A DNA stretch of 64,000 nucleotides, taken from Octopus sinensis (Eukaryota). This document shows positions 63,974 through 64,000 of this stretch, one piece after another (within the stretch, counting starts at the first letter, position 1; the number at the start of each line of letters is the position of its first letter). The DNA lies in the NCBI RefSeq assembly GCF_006345805.1, contig NC_042998.1:90706001-90770000 (forward strand), written 5' to 3'. The notes beneath the pieces were generated by a model that searched no databases, was not told the DNA's origin, and worked only from the letters and a program-made list of their open reading frames with translations. The position numbers and the translations under genes were made by a program.

Positions 63974-64000
63974 ATATAGTGTGTGTGCATATATATGTGG

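Overview
AT-rich, microsatellite- and retrotransposon-dense eukaryotic genomic DNA. The repeat landscape ((TA)n/(CA)n tracts, RTE LINE 3' ends with (ATG)n tails, tRNA-headed SINEs) suggests an octopod cephalopod; this is inference, not a lookup. Two + strand protein-coding genes are supported by splice sites and continuous frames. (1) The last four coding exons of an ABCA-family lipid transporter, most like ABCA2 (1984-13575). Its final intron is swollen by a nested stack: a hAT MITE contains a SINE and a decayed full-length Gypsy LTR element, and the Gypsy 3' LTR is split by an RTE 3' end. (2) An unrecognised secreted or cell-surface glycoprotein (50949 to at least 59055): signal peptide, 4-Cys module, a 427-codon exon with about 39 N-glycosylation sequons, and a second Cys-containing exon, all joined by phase-1 introns. 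Other elements: a young antisense RTE LINE with a PHD-type finger inside its RT region, an RTE/CR1 head-to-tail composite, a cluster of microsatellite-anchored R4/Dong fragments including an internally deleted copy, a CRE-like fragment, a mariner fragment, and a TA-anchored inverted-repeat element with a decayed hammerhead-ribozyme-like motif. No CRISPR, rRNA or true tRNA genes were seen. All counts and alignments were done by eye.
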